Below are positions 60,333 to 64,000 of a stretch of 64,000 bases of DNA, one piece after another. The DNA is taken from assembly GCA_965116925.1 (NCBI GenBank), contig OZ220744.1, forward strand, positions 1,184,001 to 1,248,000, written 5' to 3'. The stretch is from Candidatus Poribacteria bacterium (GTDB lineage Bacteria > Poribacteria > WGA-4E > PCPOR2b). Made by a program: the position numbers and the translations under genes. Numbering within the stretch: position 1 is the stretch's first letter; the number at the start of each line of letters is the position of its first letter. Below the pieces are notes generated by a model. The model was not told where the DNA came from. It ran no database searches and worked only from the letters and a program-made list of their open reading frames with translations.

Positions 60333-60440
60333 TATGGTGGATTCTAAAAATAAATAGACACTTTCGCCCCCCATGTTTGGTAGGCGCTGTTTCCAACTGC
60401 GCCGATTTGGAGTGTTTCATTAATTCTGAGATTTACTATA
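60333..60440. mobile_element. MITE-like element family B, copy 4
   Basis: Near-identical to 30279-30386. Confidence 0.8.
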
Positions 60441-60454
60441 AATTGGAGGACAAC

Positions 60455-61576
60455 GTGATTGATTGGGACAAATGGCGAAAACAATTTCCGGTGACAGAAA
60501 AATATATCTACCTGAATCACGCCGGGATTGCTCCGCTCCCGTTGTGTGTCCATCAGGCGATGGGACATTTTTTGGACGATGCGACCCATAACGGTGCGGT
60601 CAATTCCAAACGTTGGGAAGCTACAGCTGAAACCTGTCGCGCAAACGCAGCCAAATTAATCAACGCAGCTGTTGACGAGATCGCATTTATGAAGAACACC
60701 TCGCAAGGCATCATCATCGCTGCAAACGGGATTGATTGGCACGAAGGCGACAACGTCGTGACGACGGCTGTGGAATTTCCTGCGAATGTATATCCGTGGT
60801 GGAGACTCAAGCGTCTCGGTGTCGAAACGCGAATGGTGCCAGAACGAGAAAAACGCATCCACATTGAGGATATTGAGGCGGCGATTGACGAGCGAACTCG
60901 ATGCGTGACCATCAGCCATGTCGAGTTTGCATCGGGATTTCGGAACGACATCGCGGCGATCGGTGACATCTGCCAAAAAAAGGGACTCTGGTTCGTGGTG
61001 GACGCCATACAGAGCGTGGGTGCGATTGACTTGGACGTGAAGGCTTGCAACGTTGACATCCTTGCCGCCGACGGTCATAAGTGGCTGCTCGCACCTGAAG
61101 GCGCGGCAATCTTCTACTGTGCAAAAGAGAAGCAGGACGCATTGATCAACACAAATGTCGGTTGGGCAGGCGTGGTCAATCCGAGGGATTTTCTGAGCTA
61201 TGATTTCACACCGCAACCAGCAGCGACGCGCTTTGAGGAAGGATCGTATAACAGCGTTGGTTTGTATGGACTCGGCGCAGCGATTGAACTGCTGCTGGAG
61301 ATTGGGATTCCGAATATCGAGCAACGAATCTTGGATCTGACGGATCGCCTCATCGAAGGGCTTCGTTCAAAGAACTACCGGCTGTTGACACCCACAGGAG
61401 AATCTGAACGTTCCGGTATCGTAGTGTTTGAAAGCGACCGATATTCTTCAGCTGATTTGGTTGAGCAACTCAGGGGTGAAAATGTTATCGGAGCGGAGCG
61501 AGCTGGCGTCCGTCTATCGCCGCATTTCTATAACTCGGCGGCAGAGATAGATCAGGTTTTGGCATTGCTGCCATAG
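60455..61576 (+). CDS. class V aminotransferase (cysteine desulfurase-like)
   Basis: YLNHAG, VDAIQS, DGHKW, RLSPHFYN; GTG start after GGAGG. Confidence 0.88.
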   Translation: MIDWDKWRKQFPVTEKYIYLNHAGIAPLPLCVHQAMGHFLDDATHNGAVNSKRWEATAETCRANAAKLINAAVDEIAFMKNTSQGIIIAANGIDWHEGDNVVTTAVEFPANVYPWWRLKRLGVETRMVPEREKRIHIEDIEAAIDERTRCVTISHVEFASGFRNDIAAIGDICQKKGLWFVVDAIQSVGAIDLDVKACNVDILAADGHKWLLAPEGAAIFYCAKEKQDALINTNVGWAGVVNPRDFLSYDFTPQPAATRFEEGSYNSVGLYGLGAAIELLLEIGIPNIEQRILDLTDRLIEGLRSKNYRLLTPTGESERSGIVVFESDRYSSADLVEQLRGENVIGAERAGVRLSPHFYNSAAEIDQVLALLP

Positions 61577-61611
61577 TTGAGAAATGACTTTCTATCAGGC
61601 GGAGATTTCCG

Positions 61612-61640
61612 TTGCACAAAGATGGTGGTTGGCGTATAAT
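61612..61640 (+). promoter_or_regulatory. putative sigma70 promoter
   Basis: TTGCAC-17 bp-TATAAT. Confidence 0.6.
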
Positions 61641-61743
61641 AGCCTAAGTTGCTATCTTAATTGGAAGGCGGTTGCCAACACAAACCGACCTCAATCAACC
61701 TCAAAGGATAAACAACTGGTTTGAGAACAGAGGGGAATAGCAA

Positions 61744-62736
61744 ATGCAGCGAAGGCACAATCTCGCCCATTTCCTGTTGGCTATCGTTGTAGCCTTGAGT
61801 CTAACACTGCCGATGGTATGCGTTGACGCACAGGCACAGATTGCCTTCACCTCTGAGAGGGATGGAAACAGGGAAATCTACGTGATGGACGCCGACGGAG
61901 GTAATCCGCGAAGACTCACCAATAGCCGCCTTGTAGACTGGGCTCCTTCATGGTCGCCAGACGGTAGACACATTGTCTTTACGGGTAATGGGCGGCCCGG
62001 AGACTGGGGAGCTAGGGGTGGAGATTTGGAGATCTACATGATGGATGCCAATGGGAGTAATCCGCGAAGACTCACCAATAATCTCCGTCAGGATACTGAT
62101 CCTGCGTGGTCTCCGGACGGTAAGCATATTGCTTATACTTCCACCATAATACATAGGAACAACGAAATCTATGTGATGGACGCCGATGGGGATAATCAGC
62201 GAAGACTCACTAACAGTGGTGACGTTCATATTCATAACTGGAATCCCTCATGGTCTCCAGACGGCAGACGCATTGCCTTTGCTTCCCTTAGGGATGGGAA
62301 CCATGAAATCTATGTGATGGACGCTGATGGGGATAATCAGCGAAGACTCACTAACAGTGGTGACGTTCATATTCATAACTGGAATCCCTCATGGTCTCCA
62401 GACGGCAGACGCATTGCCTTTGCGTCTAATAGGGATGGAAAAAGCGAAATCTACGTGATGAACACCGATGGCGGGCAACAGCGAAACTGTACTAAAGATA
62501 TGCTTAGTGACGATCCCGCATGGTCGCCAGATGGTAAACGCATTGTCTTCGTATCTGAGAAGGATGGGAACAAGGAAATCTATGTGATAAACGCCGATGG
62601 CAGGAGGGACCCGCAAAGACTCACCGATAATCCCCAGGCTGATACCGATCCTGCATGGCTTAACCCTGTATTTGCAGTTGCTCCTGCAGACAAAAAAACC
62701 ACAATGTGGGGCTGGCTCAAGCAAGTCAACCGATAG
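61744..62736 (+). CDS. secreted TolB-like PD40 beta-propeller protein, copy 1
   Basis: Signal peptide (AQA), repeated PSWSPDG..IAF and EIYVMDADG; tail FAVAPADKKTTMWGWLK. Confidence 0.88.
   Translation: MQRRHNLAHFLLAIVVALSLTLPMVCVDAQAQIAFTSERDGNREIYVMDADGGNPRRLTNSRLVDWAPSWSPDGRHIVFTGNGRPGDWGARGGDLEIYMMDANGSNPRRLTNNLRQDTDPAWSPDGKHIAYTSTIIHRNNEIYVMDADGDNQRRLTNSGDVHIHNWNPSWSPDGRRIAFASLRDGNHEIYVMDADGDNQRRLTNSGDVHIHNWNPSWSPDGRRIAFASNRDGKSEIYVMNTDGGQQRNCTKDMLSDDPAWSPDGKRIVFVSEKDGNKEIYVINADGRRDPQRLTDNPQADTDPAWLNPVFAVAPADKKTTMWGWLKQVNR
62164..62423 (+). repeat. intragenic tandem duplication, period 141 bp
   Basis: 62164-62282 and 62305-62423 differ at about one position. Confidence 0.9.
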
Positions 62737-62804
62737 CTAGCATTATTGAGAGAACGGTGTTTGAGGATATAAAAACCGCTTTGAGAACAGAGGAGGAATA
62801 GCAG

Positions 62805-63785
62805 ATGCAACGGAGACACCATCTCGCACATTTCCTTTTGGCTAGCGTTGCTGTCTTGGGTCTGACACCGCTGATGGTAGCCGTTGAGGCACAGGCACGG
62901 ATTACTTTCGTGTCTGATAGAGACGGGAACTTGGAAATCTATGTGATGGATGACGATGGAGGTAATCAGCGAAGACTTACTAACAATCTCGTTCATGATT
63001 GGTATCCCTCATGGTCCCCTGACGGTAAACACATTGCCTTTACTTCTGGTAGGGATGTGAACCGTGAAATCTACGTGATGGATGCCGATGGAGGTAATCT
63101 GCGGAAACTCACTGAAAATCGCCAGAATGACTGGCATCCCTCATGGTCTCCTGACGGCAAACGCATTGCCTTTACGTCTACTGGGATTTGGTCCCTTGCG
63201 GAGGGTCACTCGCAAATCTACGTGATGGACGCCGATGGGGGAAGTCCACAAAACCTCTCTGACAATGGCTTTTTTGAAGATCACCCCTCATGGTCTCCTG
63301 ACGGTAAACGCATTGCCTTTACTTCTGGTAGGGAGGGGCAGGTGGAAATCTACGTAATGGATGTCAATGGCAAGAATCAGCATAGACTCACTAAAAGTCC
63401 TGTTCATATTCATAGTTGGCATCCCTCATGGTCCCCCGACAGCAAGCGTATTGTCTTTGATTCTCATAGAGATGGGGACTCGGACATCTATGTGATGGAC
63501 GCCGATGGGGGTAATGTTCAAAACCTCACCAATGATCCCTTTAAGGATCGGGATCCCTCATGGTCGTCGGACGGCAAACGGATTGCCTTTACTTCTGGTA
63601 GGGAGGGGCTCCTTGACATACACGGTTTCCCCACTTATGAAATCTACGTAATGGACGCGGATGGAGGTAATGTTCAAAACCTCACCAATAATCCCCATAA
63701 TGACGTTGATCCTGCATGGTATAACCCTGCTTTTTCAGTTGCTCCCGCAGGCAAGAAATTCACGATATGGGGAGGGCTCAAATAG
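62805..63785 (+). CDS. secreted TolB-like PD40 beta-propeller protein, copy 2
   Basis: Same architecture; tail [17 protein letters not shown]. Confidence 0.88.
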   Translation: MQRRHHLAHFLLASVAVLGLTPLMVAVEAQARITFVSDRDGNLEIYVMDDDGGNQRRLTNNLVHDWYPSWSPDGKHIAFTSGRDVNREIYVMDADGGNLRKLTENRQNDWHPSWSPDGKRIAFTSTGIWSLAEGHSQIYVMDADGGSPQNLSDNGFFEDHPSWSPDGKRIAFTSGREGQVEIYVMDVNGKNQHRLTKSPVHIHSWHPSWSPDSKRIVFDSHRDGDSDIYVMDADGGNVQNLTNDPFKDRDPSWSSDGKRIAFTSGREGLLDIHGFPTYEIYVMDADGGNVQNLTNNPHNDVDPAWYNPAFSVAPAGKKFTIWGGLK

Positions 63786-63878
63786 GTTGACTGATAACTA
63801 CCATTCGATTTTCAATGGGTGGCAACTTGCGTTATAATAGCTGCACTAGAAATTTACGGGGCAATCGGAGAAAACTTT

Positions 63879-64000
63879 ATGTATATTCAGGATCTACTCA
63901 GTTGGGAACGGTTTAACGATGAGAATCTCAGTTTTTTTAACGCCATTGGAGTTGATCGCCTCTGCCTTGATATTCGGGGTATGCACCGTGTTGATCCCTC
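63879..64000 (+). CDS. partial CDS, possibly mannonate dehydratase (UxuA)-like
   Basis: SD GGAG, ATG 63879, MYIQDLLSWERFNDENLSFFNAIGVDRL...; runs off window. Confidence 0.4.
   Translation, partial: MYIQDLLSWERFNDENLSFFNAIGVDRLCLDIRGMHRVDP

Noticed and set aside
60317..60454. N-terminal extension of the aminotransferase
   Set aside because: Translated MITE sequence; GGAGG + GTG at 60455 fits the family start
3149..61324. Long antisense ORFs (e.g. 3149-3817, 24593-25222, 25596-26210, 60656-61324)
   Set aside because: Antisense shadows of well-supported genes; no motifs or SD support
61744..63785. True tolB of the Tol-Pal system, or Tat substrates (QRRH)
   Set aside because: No TolB N-domain or tolQRA/pal neighbours; the twin Arg lacks the S/T-RRxFLK consensus
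63821..63834. GCAACTTGCGTTA resembling a family C right end
   Set aside because: No matching left end or TSD nearby; overlaps a plausible TTTCAA-17-TATAAT promoter
1..64000. CRISPR array, tRNA, rRNA, riboswitch
   Set aside because: No regularly spaced repeat-spacer array or recognisable structured RNA seen; a covariance-model search would be needed to exclude ncRNAs fully

Overview
Bacterial chromosomal window, densely coding and mostly on the + strand. It resembles Candidatus Poribacteria; this is an inference from the tandem PhyH dioxygenases, the form II coxSLM cluster and secreted PD40 propellers ending in an AVxPxxKxxxxWGxLK tail. Housekeeping genes (hisS, aspS, ddl, pyrF, lepA, two lepB, dapB, plsC, cmk, tyrA) alternate with carbohydrate/oxidative catabolic genes. 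Three accessory systems stand out. (1) Four consecutive ECF sigma factors fused to C-terminal domains: one ankyrin-repeat, three with TM helix plus a variable extracytoplasmic domain. Each has an in-frame Shine-Dalgarno+ATG right after the sigma domain. (2) Two DUF4252-like/POTRA/Omp85-type barrel paralogs flank a protein with a TonB/TolA-type SxxxH anchor, a Pro-rich linker and a PA14 domain. (3) At least three families of small TIR-bounded non-autonomous elements carry interchangeable GTAG-type REP hairpins; for one, the empty site is visible in a paralogous spacer. No rRNA, tRNA, CRISPR array, transposase or reverse transcriptase was recognised. All family calls are from motif recognition, not database searches.
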